This document shows, piece after piece, positions 1 to 13,284 of a DNA stretch of 64,000 nt (position 1 is its first letter; every line of letters begins with the position of its first letter). Below the pieces are notes generated by a model. That model had not been told where the DNA came from. It searched no databases and saw only the letters and a list, made by a program, of their open reading frames with translations. Origin of the DNA: the human T2T-CHM13v2.0 reference genome, Homo sapiens; NCBI RefSeq assembly GCF_009914755.1, contig NC_060926.1; one strand, 5' to 3'. The position numbers and the translations under genes were made by a program.

Positions 1-544
1 TTGGGATGCATTCTGCCACTTGTGAAAAGAAGCAAAAAGAGAAAAAAGGAGGAGAGAGATGAGAAGCACAAATATATTGACAGATGAGAAGAATAAATGT
101 TTTTGTTGCATGCGCCGTACAGAGGTGTTCCACACACCAAATTATGACACAACTGTTGGAGTAATGGCTGCAGCTGTTGCCTTTGTAAAGTGATCCACAA
201 TACCCCACTCTAATAACCACAGCAACATGTCCAAGTCACTTCACACAATGAAGACAGCCTAATCCCATGCCACGTGAGCTCTGTGCCAGCCATGGCCATA
301 TCACAGCAGCAGGATCAAGCCGGGAATAATCACATCCTTAGGAAAAAAATCCCCTGTGTAACACACTGAAATCCCTCTTAAACAAAGCAAGCATGTGAAT
401 CTGCTACTGAACAGAAAAATTCCTTGATGAATTGCCAAGTAAGAGTAAAGGGTAAACATTCCATATGTTGCCCCCATTTCCATGGGGTAATAATTTCTAG
501 AGGGAAAAATTGGCTCTGATGAACTAGGAAGATGCTGCTGGGCC

Positions 545-620
545 TTATTCATTCATTCATTTGCTCAACAAATATTTCTTGAGCATTTACTGTGTCTTGA
601 GCATTTTCTGATGTACACCG
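545..620 (-). mobile_element. L2 LINE 3' end fragment
   Basis: attcattcattcatttgctcaacaaatatttcttgagcatttactgtg resembles the reverse complement of the L2 terminus. Confidence 0.6.
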
Positions 621-1042
621 GAAATTCAGTGATGATCTCAGCAAGGGAGATCCACACTGAATAAATAACAAATAATTCACTGCAGTTGTGATACTGCTCT
701 GAGAAAGAACCTGGTACTGAGTGTGAATTACAGACTGTATTTTCTCTCTAGTGCAGGTTGAAATGTACAAGTTTGCAATCACAATAAGCCTGCTTAGCAT
801 AACAAAGGACTTGGGAGTTGGTACCCAGGGAATAAGAAGTTCCATTGAAGATTAAAAAAATCATCTTTTAATGTTTTATTTGATAACATGTTCCTGTCAT
901 TGAATATTTGAAACTTGGCAGTGAATGTGTCAGAACCAGCTTCTCAATTCATGAAGCGATAAGCACTGAAGCTAATTGTAGATATGGAAAAATTCCCTTT
1001 AATAAAGACAGGAAAACACATTCCTATATCTGAGTAGGTTCA

Positions 1043-1280
1043 TGTAGCAGCCAAGATCATAGGCTCTGGAATCAGCCTGCCTGAGTTCAAGTCTGTCTCC
1101 ACCACTCGCTTGCTATAGAAGCCAACTTGCTTAAACTCTCCAAGCCACAGTTGCCTCATCTGTAAGATGGGAATAACTCTATTACCTCCCTTACAGGGCC
1201 ATTGTGAGAATTAGGTAATTAATACACATAAAATATTTTAAATAGCATCTGAGGCATAGTAAATGCTATGTTATCATTGC
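1043..1280 (+). mobile_element. MIR SINE
   Basis: MIR core: ggctctggaatcag...gagttcaagtc...cagttgcctcatctgtaagatgggaataa...gtgagaattag...catagtaaatgct. Confidence 0.85.
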
Positions 1281-4200
1281 AAATACTACTGTTACTTGAA
1301 CCAAAATCTAGGATCCAACACTGTAGCTTAATAATTATGTCATCTCTAAATATTTTCTTTATTTTTTGGGAATCGCTCAGATTTAAGTTGTTCCTTGATC
1401 TCAACCCTGGATTTCTGTTTCTTCCAGATGTGAAAACCTCTTGACCCTTAAACCATTCTTAATTGTTTTCATTTAATCAGTCAAAATATGAATGCACATA
1501 TATAGTCCATCCTTGAGTGATCATTTTCCTATTTCTCAGGTTTTGTCAAGAATGGTTTTGCTAAAAACATCATCTTCTGCATGGGCCAGAAATCACACAG
1601 TGGAGATGCCACCAGATAACTCCATAACTGCTATGTCACTGTTTATGAGTTAAAATTAAGCAGCAGACTGCACTACCTAACTCCTGTAAACCTCATCCCA
1701 TTTCCTGGCCACATGGCCACCTACAAAGAATATAGACAATTTGGAGGAACGATGGAAAGGTCAACCATAAATATACACATCCTTTGTTCTTCAAGAGTGC
1801 AGCCAAATATATGAAGCCCCCCAAAATAAAAGAAAAAGTCTTAGGAAGTCAGATAAATAATTAGTTTTTTAGCCTTCAGCGTTCATTGTTTATGAAGGGT
1901 CAAGGACATTTTTGACATCTTGAAAGGCTGTTGGGACAGCAGATTGAATTTTTGGCGTAGATGATAGAGGAAATTCTGCTGAGATTTGATCATTTGTGTA
2001 TTCCAAGTTCCTCCACACAAGCCGACTGTGAATGAAAGCAACACTAAAGATGTGCGAGCACTATGGTTATTTGTGTATGCAGTAAATACAATTTACTCCT
2101 GAAGAAACAGTTTGCTGTTTATTCACTGGGGGGAAAGAACAACTTGCTAACACTGACGGAACAGGAATATTGTGGATTAGGTTGCAGGAAAGTTCTCTTT
2201 AAAATGCTTTTGAAAGGACAAATAAAAGCAATTTTACTTTTTCTTCCTTTCGTAAATCTTCACTCCATTCCCTCATCTGTTCTTTCCTTCCTCTTTTCCT
2301 ATTTTATTTCAGCTTATTCTTCTGGACTTTTTCCCAAACAGAGTTTTCTGAGAGCATATCAGCTAATTAATTATTTCTTCAACACTATTTCTATGCCTGA
2401 CTCCTGACCTCCCAGGAGCCCTACAAAATACCTTGCTGTATCCTTCATTTACCCATGAAAGATTCTGGGAAGAGGCAATTAATTGAAAAATGGGGAAAAC
2501 TATGTTGTGTTGAGAGAGACAGAGCACATGTCAGTATCATTCAGACCCAAGTTCTTGAGCCTGGTGCCGTTTCCCTTCCGTGTACAGAGGCCCCACGGAA
2601 ACCTGCTACATCTTCTGACTCCGAAGGAAGCCTCATCTGGGTCAAGGCGGCAAGTGAAGCCTGTTTTGCCCCTACCCTACACGCTGCATGCTCAAATCTC
2701 CCCTGCTCTCATCACCCTTACTCTTGAGTTCCCAAAACAAAGGCATGGTATTGCCTGACAAGTACCACTTATCTTTGGCTAAGCAGGCTAGTGATGCCTG
2801 CGGATAATTCTTGCTCATTGCTGACACTGTAAATTAGTTCCAAATGGCCTTCTGAAGGCACTACCTGCTGCCTTTGGTGATCAGAGGCCTGTCTTCCAAA
2901 ACATACTACCTTCCCTCTTGTCTTCTACCCATCAGAAACACATTTTCTTTTGATTTCTGGGGGGTCTCTCTGATGCAGTGTGTTGGGCATTTTGCTATCC
3001 TGGTTTTCCATTTGATAAAATAATTGAAGTGATATAGATGCTACTTGGCATCCAGGAGGGTGGATAATTTCCTCTACAGGGGTTAAAAATACAGCCCCAA
3101 CCCCTCCAACTCATTACAAGTTACGGAAAATGAAGTCTTTTTCAGTGAAATGAAGTTCTGCCCACACTGGGGAATAATTGTCAGCAGCCACCAGCAATGG
3201 AAAATAAGGAAGCTATGACCAACTTCAGGTGTGCAAAGCCACATGCTATTAACAATAACAGTCCCCCTTTTTGTGGTAGGCCTGATACCATGACCAAAAC
3301 TCATCACATGGATAAGAAACTGGGACCATATTTGTGGTGGACAAAATTCCATCATAACTGCGTCACTTGCATATTCAGTGTATACTGACTCTATACATTT
3401 GCCTAATCAGCCCAAATTAATTTGTACACACATGACATTCAGTGTTACAACAAAGTTAACATGCTAGTTTAAGCCATAAGGAATCTACTCTTCCAAAATT
3501 TTGCTTTTCTTTTCCACCCAGAGCAGGATGTTTTTCATTACAGAGTTGTGAAATGGGAACCTTTCCTTTCTTGTGAATAATAAATAGAATCATGAAAACT
3601 AAAAAGAATCTGATGGAATCCTACAAGTGAAGCTAAGCTGACATTTAGTTAGCAGAAGTAAAATTATTTCTTCAAAAAGTCAATATGCTTTGTGAAACTT
3701 TCCATATTTTTAATTCACTTGCAATAGATAATTAGCTCATATATTTAACTAAGCCTGATAAATTTTATTCAGCATTTTTTAAAGGAAATCACATGCTATT
3801 TTATTCTTGCACTAGTTCAGTCACTAATACAGTACACAGAGACAGCCTCCACTCCTCTAACCCCCGCCTCTCCTTAAAAGGCTATTTAGGGCTCCGTTTT
3901 CAGCCAAATGATCTGAATAGCATTTTCTTAATGCCATGCATCATTTTTCCAGTGAATCTTTAACTTATCGCAGGGAGGGGGCAGAAGATGAGAGGAGGAA
4001 GGGGCAGAAAGACAAGGGGCTAAGGGAGCATTTGGAATGAGAAATTTCCATTTGACTTCATTCTGATTGACTGTGGGTGACTCTTGGTGAGTGCCCATGG
4101 CCTCTTTCCTTCCTTGTCAAATGGGAGTACCATGTGTGATGGAAACGCCTTGCCAGGCAGGAAGGCTTTCAGGAATGGAGGGGGCATAGGAGACATAGCG

Positions 4201-6389
4201 TTTCCCCCTTAAGAACTAAAAATAGATCACCTTTTAGGGGTTGGGAGGTTGGAGTAAATTTTCTATATTTTGTTTGATTTGTATCAGAGCATTCTCTCAG
4301 AGTGCTTGTAAGTTGCAGAGAAACTAATTATGCACAGTTACACATATCATGCAACATTTTATTCATATCTAAAGTGTTCTTCCTTCCTATTTGTTCCCCT
4401 TTCCTTTCTCTCTAAGGAGTCTCAGGTCCTTTTCTCTTCTTACCACCTTTCTTTATTTTCAGTACTTCTCTGTTCCCCATCACAGAACTTGCCTTCTTTC
4501 CTTTTCTGTTTCTGGTCAATCCTTCAGGAGCCACCTCCCCCTCCTCCCCACAGCCCCATCTCAGATGAGAACGATCTTGCCCGCACATTTTCAGCAGGCA
4601 GGGCACACCATGAATGTGTCTATATTAAGGGAGGGAGGCCCAGATTGTTTACTTTCTCAGAAGGCTAAACATCTCTGCTGGGAGTCCTTGACTATGTGCT
4701 TAAGGACACAGACAGAAAGGACAAAGGGCAGCAGAAAGTGCTCCTGCCACTGTGATTTGCATCTGAGTTCAATTCTACTTTGCTTTAAAGAGTCTCATTT
4801 GAATACACAGTACATTAGCTCCACTCCTGCTTCCTATCCAATATGAGAAATACATTCATAGCTCAGTAACCTCTCCCCCGTCTAGTCCAGACAGTTGAAA
4901 AAAGGGTGGGGAGGGGGATCCAGCAACTGCAGAGAAATTGTATTTCAAATGAATGTCTTTTCATCAATTGCTTATGTATCCCTCAGCTGCACTGCACGAT
5001 GAGATTTGCATATTTTTTCTTCCTAATGGAAATAAATATAGGATGAAGATTTTGTTTTGTCCATTTAAAAAGACTGCTTTGCCCTGTGTGATTGGGGCCT
5101 TCTAAATATGTGAGGGGAAGAGATGACTTGTTAGACTAAGGGAAATCAGAAGAATTTTAGATGACATGTCTACCATTATCATCTGTGTGAAGAACCCTGA
5201 CTGGAAATTGTCTCCAGAATAGTTTCTGGCAAAAATTAATAAGTAGATTTATAATGTAAGGCTATGTGAATATAGTCATGTGAAGGACCAGTGATCTAAA
5301 CCAAATCAGTCTGCAGAGAGTCCTAAATTATGCACGAGCCTGAAATGACATTAATGCACATTGTCTATTCCCTTTCTTTTCCATTTTCATGGGAATTAAT
5401 ATATGCCTCAGGATCTTTGTGTATATCTTCTTAACCCCTTGTCTTCTTTTAGGCTGAGAAAGCAGGAAGGTAACTAAAGATTAGGTGTATTTATGAGTAT
5501 AAGGGTGATATTGTCAAATGTTTGAACATCATAATTGTCCTTTTTTAAAAAAAAAATCAAGTTAGGACCTATATATTTGAAGTGTAGTATTAATAAGGGA
5601 ATAGTGCTTTTTAAAAAAAAATGCCAGAGTTTATATATATAGCCCAGAATTTTACATATCAATGCCTTAAAAGTAGACAACTTAGAAAGCCAAGTTTTTG
5701 TCATTTTAGCTTTTAGTTGTCAACCATGGTTTTGTTTTGTTTTGTTGTAGCACCATAGTCAGAATTGCTACTAAAACTTATAGTAGTTTTGATTGAATAT
5801 CATCAATGGAGGAAATTTTTTGTCATGTGAGGGTAGATTTGATTTTGGCAAATAGTCAAATATGTCTGGACCCAAGATAACTAGTGAATGAGCAGCTACG
5901 TGTTAGTTTAAGTAACGTCTTAGGTCTACTGAGCTCAGTTAATTTCCTGGGGAAAATTGCAAGATATGTGGAAATTCACACTCACTGTGCCTGATAATCC
6001 CTCATGCCTTTAATCAAAGAATTGTAGCATTAGAAGAAACCTTAGGGGTTACAGAATTCAACCCCTTAGTTGAGGGAAATAAAAAGGCTATCATAAGGGT
6101 AAAATTTTACTTAAAGCAATGTTTTTTTCTTGACTGTAGAAGTGCAAGTAATTATCATTTTGTTTAACCAGTTATTAAATAGTGGTAGCATTCGGATGCT
6201 GTTCACTTGTTGGGGAATGCATGTATGTGTGTGGTCAATGTGATTGTGTTTGTATTTATAGGACATTTCAGGGCATCTGCCCAGCTCTCAACTTACAATG
6301 CTTTACTTTGGGACTGTCCTCTTCCACCCCACATCTGGTCCTTGAAGTCACAGGTGTGGGGCCCTGTCAGCCATCTTGGGAGTGTAACA

Positions 6390-6825
6390 TCTATTCTTAG
6401 AGATGGCTGATTGAACCAGCAGTAAAACCTGACCCAGGGCAGGCCAATCAAATCCTCTCTTGAGAATCTGGAATTCGCACTTAGGCAGGTTTTCAGTATG
6501 ACTGCATCTATAACAGAGAGTTGGAAATTAAAGTTTTCTACATAATTCCATAAGAAATGGGGAGCAAAGAAAGCTTGTTTACGGATAAGAAAAAAGTACA
6601 GAAGATATGAAGAAAAAGACTCTTAAAAATAGGTAAATGGAGAGAGTTCTGGCCGTGCATCTGAAGGTTCCAGTTCCCACTTAGAGTTCTTCTTGAAGTC
6701 TGATTACGTCACTGCACTTAGGTTCCTTGAGCTACCATTGCATTCTTAAATAATATATTTTAAAACGTTTATTTTTCTTTATTAATTTAAATTAAGTTGA
6801 CTTTGCTACTTTCAGCCAACCAGAT
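6390..6825 (+). mobile_element. Ancient ERVL-type LTR (LTR16/LTR33/MLT1-like), degraded
   Basis: gattg...tgacccagggcaggccaatcaaatcctct motif and terminal ttaagttgactttgctactttcagccaac. Confidence 0.45.
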
Positions 6826-7243
6826 TATACCTAAGGGATTATGCATATATATTAACCCTCAAGAGGAAACTGAACAAGTTAACCTCTCTCAGGAACCAAA
6901 GTCCTTTTCATGAAGACCTGAAGGGTTCCCTGAGAGGAAATTGAAATGGGACAAAAGGTCAGGCCCTGGGCCATAAGGTTTGAGGCACGTGCCAAGGACA
7001 GCTTTTGAGAGGATTCCCTCTGAGGTATGGGAGACTTGAAGCATTGATTGATGATTGTGGGAAAGGAACAATTTTGGGTGCGATCTGCATGGTCCTATGA
7101 ACAGGTTCTTATCTGACACAGTCCTAGGGAAACTGGGAAAAGCAAATGTAACATTGTCATTCTCCTGTATTCAACTGATTTAGCAGTGGCCCCTGCATTG
7201 CCCAGAGTAGAAGATAAAAATCCAAACTCTAAATAGACACACA

Positions 7244-7399
7244 GGCCAGGCACGGTGACTCATGCCTGTAATCTGAGCATTTTGAGAGGTTAAGGCAGGA
7301 GGATTGTTTGAGGCCAGGAGTTCGAGACCAGCCTAAGCGACACAGTGAGACCATGTCTCTTTTTTTAAAAAAAATAAATAAATCAACAAATAAATAAAT
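7244..7399 (+). mobile_element. FLAM/AluJ-type free left Alu monomer
   Basis: ggccaggcacggtgactcatgcctgtaat...ggagttcgagaccagcct then A-rich tail; approximate TSD aaatagacacaca (7231-7243) / aaacagacacata (7400-7412). Confidence 0.9.
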
Positions 7400-7419
7400 A
7401 AACAGACACATAAGGATCA

Positions 7420-7935
7420 TCATCCTATCTACAGCTTCACCCTCATCTTCCTACTCACTTTATGATCCAAAAACACAAACTACTAATGTCCTCTCCTTCA
7501 CTGCAGACCTCCATGCCTTTTGCACATGTCGTTCCCTCTGCTTGCAATGCCCTTACCACTCTACCGGTCCCCCCTCCATCTTAGTTTCCTATTCCCTTAG
7601 CCTGGGAAATTCCTGTTCAGCTTTCTAAACCCTCTCCAAAAACATTCTACTATGGGAGGCCTTCCCTGGCCAGGATAGAATTAATCCCTCATTTCTCTAC
7701 ACTGCTTTAGTACCTCATTAATACTTCCATCATTGCCCTGTATTGCTCTCTATTATAATGATTTCTGTGTTTTCTTCCCAGCTAAACTGCAAACAATGTG
7801 AAGGCAGGAACCACGTCTCATTCACTTTCGAACGTCCAACAACGAATAGTAACGTGTGCTCCATTATTAATTTGTAGCACATGCTCTGGTAGGTAACACC
7901 AGGTATGTGTTTAATAAATGTGGAAATAAATGAAC
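7420..7935 (+). mobile_element. L2 LINE 3' portion
   Basis: gccttttgcacatgtcgttccctctgcttgcaatgccct...gaaggcaggaaccacgtctcattcac...aataaatgtggaaataaatgaa. Confidence 0.8.
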
Positions 7936-7974
7936 TGAAATGGAATAAAATAATCTTTTGAGGAAGCTCTAAAG

Positions 7975-8487
7975 TAGCAGCCGCCAACCTTTTTGGCATC
8001 AGGGACTGGTTTTGTGGAAGAAAATTTTTTCATGGGCGGCAGGTGGGGATGGTTTTAGGATGATTCGAGCCCATTACATTTATTGTGCACTTTATTTCTA
8101 TTATTATTATATTGTAATATATAATGAAATAATTATAAAACTCACCGTAATGTAGAATCAGTGGGAGCTCTGAGCTTGTTTTCCTGCAACTAGATGTTCC
8201 CACGTAGGGGTGATGGGAGACAGTGACAGATCATCAGGCATTAGATTCTCATAAGGAGCTCACAGTCTAGATCCATTGCAGGTGCAGTTCACAATAGGGT
8301 TTGCACTCCTATGAGAATCTAATGCTGCTGCTGATCTGAGAGGAGATGGAGCTCAGATGGTAATGCAAGAATGGGGAGTGGCTGTAAATACAGAGGAAGC
8401 TTTGCTTGCTCACCCACTGCTCACCTCTTGCTGTGCAGTCTAGTTCTTAACAGGACATGGGTCACTTCCTGGGGGTGGGGACCCCTG
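7975..8487 (-). mobile_element. MER1A hAT-Charlie non-autonomous DNA transposon
   Basis: Full-length match with terminal ggggacccctg, internal cattagattctcata/tatgagaatctaatg inverted pair, and perfect 8-bp TSD ctctaaag (7967-7974 / 8488-8495). Confidence 0.92.
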
Positions 8488-8778
8488 CTCTAAAGTATTT
8501 GTTCTAGAGTCATCCCCTACCTTAGTGAAAGTAACTCTTGAAACTTCTTGCATTATTAACTATGTTGCCTGTTGCTCCTCTAGGAGGTGAAGTAGATGTC
8601 ACATACAGGAGAGTTATTCAGGGCTATATTGCTCGACAGGGATGTTTCTGTATAAGGATTTCTTACCAGTCTGGGGACTCACAATAGTGAATGAAATGCC
8701 AGTTATTTTCCCTGGTTTATCTCACCCTCCTTAATATGACTGGAAGAGGTTACGCATTGGCCCAAAAGCCCCAAAACT

Positions 8779-8870
8779 CTATGAAGCAGGAACAATGTCT
8801 GTTTTTTGTTCATCGTTATATACACAGCATCCGAATACCAACTCGGTAGCCAATAAATATATGTTAAGAG
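8779..8870 (+). mobile_element. L2 3' end fragment
   Basis: ctatgaagcaggaacaatgtctgttttttgttcatcg...aataaatatatgtt. Confidence 0.55.
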
Positions 8871-9212
8871 AGAAAGTGGGGGAAGGGGTGAGGTGGAGAG
8901 AGAGCTAAAGAGGAGAAGCAAGGAGGGACTTTAGAAGGAAATTTAAAAATTACTTGAGAAAAACTAAATTCACTCTCTAAAGTGAACCACACACGGCAAA
9001 ATCACAGTTAAGTGTAAACACACAGAGCACAACATAAATATTGTAAAGTGCTATTCTACTGTTGGCTATGTATCATCCCTTACCAAGGCTTTGGTGAAGG
9101 TCTTGGGTTAAGTGGTATTATCAGGTCATAATCTATCTCCAACCCAGATCCCTTTCTTGAAGATACTGCACTGGCACTGGTGCTTTGGTGTGAATTTGAA
9201 AAATCTTTCAGG

Positions 9213-9543
<331 letters not shown>

Positions 9544-10299
9544 TCAGCCCCTAAGCTTCAGTCTTTCTTTCTCAAGGGTAAAGAGTTCAGTAATGTTACT
9601 TCTCTACACAAGCAATGTCTGGTTTCTTCTTAGCTGTTCTTACCCAAAACCATGTTAACGTTGGAGCAGTGGGAGTCCCGCAGAGCAATATATTTATAAA
9701 AGAGCTCTCTTCTCTCAAAATATCTTCTGCCTTTGTATCAAAGGAGTGGCATAGATATTCTTGGCTTTTGGAGCACACATACTCACAAAGAGTGTCTTTG
9801 AGGCTGAATGCATCCCCTTCACTGAAATTCTCTTTCTTCTATAATTGTTCCCTACCTCACTTTTAAATCTTACTTTGGCTTTGGAGCAATGGTTTAAAAG
9901 TGGTGGCAACTGTTCAATGAAATGTTGCCATATGACTTTTCCAATTAAGAGTTTTGTGGCAACTACAGATGCATTAAATCAGGAAATGGAATAATGGAAA
10001 ACCTGAGCTAAAAAGATTATATGAAAGATAATCTAATATAAAACTTTTATTTTACAATCGACTTAACTTAGTCCTTAAGAAACTGGGGACCCTGCCTAAA
10101 ATTACAAATGAAACCAGTGGCAGAACAAAGAGAAGAATTTTAGTGAGCTATACTCCAGGCCAGGTGTTTTTTTCTATATAATATGTATAGTAAAGGCAGG
10201 TAAGACCCGATAGGACATGGCATGACAGCCAATGAGGCTAAGGTCAAGTTTTTCTGATATTTTAGACTGGAGAGACCTGAAGGCAAAAGTTGACAGGGT

Positions 10300-10520
10300 T
10301 GTAGAGCGGTGAAGTGAAAGGTCTTTGAATTTCTGTTTGAATTCCCCATTCAAGATTAGTTATGTGACCTTGAGAACAATGGACTTTTCCAATCCTCAGT
10401 GTTCTTATCTGTTAAAGGAGCATAATAAGGGTGCCTATGTCATACAGTTATGAAAACTAAATAGTAATGCATACAAGTAAATAGCACAATGTCTGCACAT
10501 AGCAAGTACTCAAGATAGTA
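10300..10520 (+). mobile_element. MIR SINE
   Basis: ttagttatgtgaccttgag...cctcagtgttcttatctgttaaagg...gcacatagcaagtactcaa. Confidence 0.75.
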
Positions 10521-11261
10521 GAGACCTATCTTAACACATTTAACCTGGGCTAATTCAGCCTGACATACATCCTCAACAGAACAAGAAAAAAGAGAAATAA
10601 ATATCCATTTATTTGTGTGTGTGACTTGGAGTAAGCATGAGAAGGGATCTATGAGTTTGTGGGTCCCTCAGTCAGTGTCAGCCTCTGCATGCCTCTCATA
10701 CCATGAGCATCTCTATGCCCCCTAGAAGGTCTTTATAAAGTATATGTTTGTTATACATCAAGTCCTTTAAATGGAAGCCAGAGACTTCATCTGGTGCACA
10801 CATGAAGAAACACCAATCTGCTTTAATATAGGAAGAACAACTAAAGTTAGGCTTATGCGGAATTGCGGTTTGTTTGGTCTCCAGCATGACTCTCTAAGAT
10901 ATCAAGGAGAAAAACTAATAAAATGTCATTTTTGCCTTAGGCTTTGACTTAATATCTGAATTCCTTCATAAGATACATTGGCACTTTAAATGCCATCATT
11001 GTCAACATCATCATCATCATCCCCATCAAACATCATCTCTACTAATAGTCTGTCAAAACTTTCTATTGTCACTTGGAAAACCCCTCTTTTGGCATTGTGC
11101 TCAGATTTCCCCTTAAAAGATTACACTTAAAGCATCAACCTTTTTCACACATTGTATAATCAGAAGCATTTTGAGAACATCTTGGGAAGAGATGCAGCAG
11201 ATCTTCCAGGCCATCTCAGCACATATTTAGTGACCAATTCCAGGGCCCTTTGCCCCTCTTT

Positions 11262-11490
11262 CAGGGTCAGGACTAGGGGAGGCCAGTGAGGCACTTGCCT
11301 CAGGCACAAAATTTAAGGCAGCACAAAGAACTCAGTAGTCACATAAATGGTATCTTAACACAATATTTTGAAAAATAAAAATTATGCAAAAAATACATGG
11401 TGAATAAAATATCAAAATGTTAAAGACAAGACCAATGCTACTGCCTTTTTCTCTCGTATCTGACCCCAAATGGCTTGACCCAGCATTGAC
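11262..11490 (+). mobile_element. MER96B-like hAT-Tip100 DNA transposon fragment
   Basis: cagggtcaggactaggggaggccagtgaggcacttgcctcaggcacaaaatttaagg...tgaataaaatatcaaaat. Confidence 0.65.
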
Positions 11491-11609
11491 TTTGTGTTCC
11501 TGGGTCCTGAGCACTCCTCTGAGTATATCCCTATAATGTTTCAACCCTTCAGAGACCCCAATGTGATTGCAGAATCACAAGATCAGCTCAAGTTAGTTAT
11601 GGATTTCAC

Positions 11610-11965
11610 AAAGTGTATTCTATAAGTCAGGCACTATTCTAAGTGCTAGAGATAGCATAGTGAATAACTAGACAAAAACCCCATCTCCATGGGACTTGCA
11701 TCTAAGTGGGAGGAGGACATAGAAAATAAATAAATAAATAAATAAATGAAATACACAGTAATTCAGATACATTAGACAAAGGTGATATGGAATTCTATGG
11801 GTGGAGCTAGGAACTGAAATTTTAAATAGGGTGCTCAGAGAAGGCCTCACTGAGAAAGTGACATTGAGCAAAAACCTAAAAGAGTGAGGAAGCAAGTGTT
11901 GGGTTATCCAGAGGGAAATTACCCCATGCAGAGGGACCAGCAAGGGCAAAGGGCCCGATGTTGGG
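11610..11965 (-). mobile_element. L2a LINE fragment
   Basis: caggcactattctaagtgctagagatagc...agaaggcctcactgagaaagtgacattgagc...cagcaagggcaaagggcc. Confidence 0.85.
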
Positions 11966-12320
11966 TGATATGGTTTGGCTGTGTCCCCACCCAAATCTTA
12001 CCTTGAATTGTAGCTCTCATAATCCCCATGTGTCATGGGAGGGACCCAGTGGGAGGAAACAGAATCATGGGAGTGGGTTTTTCCTGTGCTGTTCTTGTGA
12101 TAGTAAGTCTCATGAGATCTGATGGTTTTATAAAGGGCAGTTCCCCTGCACATGCTGTCTTGCCTGCCACCATGTAAGACATGCCTTTGCTCCTCCTTTG
12201 CCTTCTGCCATGATTGTGAGGCCTCCCCGGCCATGTGGAACTGTGAGTCCATTAAACCTCTTTTTCTTTATACATTACCCAGTCTCAGGTATGTCTTTAG
12301 TATGAGAATAGACTAATACA
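11966..12320 (+). mobile_element. THE1 (B/C-like) solo LTR, MaLR
   Basis: tgatatggtttggctgtgtccccacccaaatc ... gactaataca termini. Confidence 0.92.
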
Positions 12321-12561
12321 AAGGGGTTTCCAGGATGGGGCCATGAAAAACAGCAGCTTCACTGTCAGAAAGGAGGGCTTTATGTAGGTGGGAGGTAAAA
12401 TTCCATGCCTGTGAGAAATTGGCAATAATGAAGTAGATTTCTGGAAGAAGGAGCAGCCATATGGAGGTGATAATACTGGCAGGAAAGTGGGAAGGAATAC
12501 AAAACAACGCTGAGTCTGGGGAAAACAGGAACCTCTTCTCACTTTTTATGCTCTTTCTCAT

Positions 12562-13284
12562 TGCTATAGTTTGGATATTTGTTCCCTGAAACCTCATGTT
12601 GAAGTTTGATCCCGAATGTTGGAGGTGGTGCCCCATGGAAGGTGTTTGGGTCATGGAGGTGAATCCCTCAGAAATAGATTATACCCTCCCTGGGTAGTGA
12701 GTAGTTCCCGAAAGAGCTTGTTGTTAAAAAGAGCCCACCCCCATACCCCCAACCCGCGGCTCTTGCTCTCCCTTGCATCCACTCTCACCATTTGATCTCT
12801 GCACACACAGGCTCCCCTTCATCTTCTGCCATGAGTCTATGGTCGTCACCAAATGCAGATGCTCAATATTTTTGAACTTTTCGAGACATCAGAATTGTGA
12901 GCCAAATAAACTTTTTTTTTTTTTTAAATAAATTACCCAGCCTCAGGTTTCTGTTTCTTTGTTTTAGATGGAATCTCCCTCTGTTGCCCAGGCTGGAGTG
13001 CAGTGGTGCAATCTTGGCTCACGGCAAACTCTGCCTCCTGGGTTCAAGCGATTCTCCTGCCTCAGCCTCCCCGAGTGGCTGGACTACAGCGCCACCATGC
13101 CCAGCTAAGTTTTTAAAAAATTTTTAGTAGAGACAAGGTTTCACCATGTTGACCAGGCTGGTCTTGAACCTTTGACCTCATGTGATCTGCCTGCCTCGGC
13201 CTCCCAAAGTGCTGGGATTACAGGCATGAGCCACCATGACCCACCTCAGGTTTTCCTTTTTAGCAACATTAAACAGATTAATAT
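12562..13284 (+). mobile_element. MSTB-like MaLR LTR, interrupted by an Alu
   Basis: tgctatagtttggatatttg...gtgagccaaataaac...aaattacccagcctcagg[Alu]...tagcaacattaaacagattaatata. Confidence 0.85.
12952..13245 (-). mobile_element. AluS (Sx-like)
   Basis: Antisense full Alu; TSD tcaggttt(t)c at 12943 and 13246. Confidence 0.92.

Noticed and set aside
4330-4846. 112-aa and 151-aa ORFs
   Set aside because: Low-complexity pyrimidine-rich translations with no recognisable domain or exon structure.
8238-8325. Hairpin as an ncRNA
   Set aside because: It is the standard internal inverted repeat of MER1.
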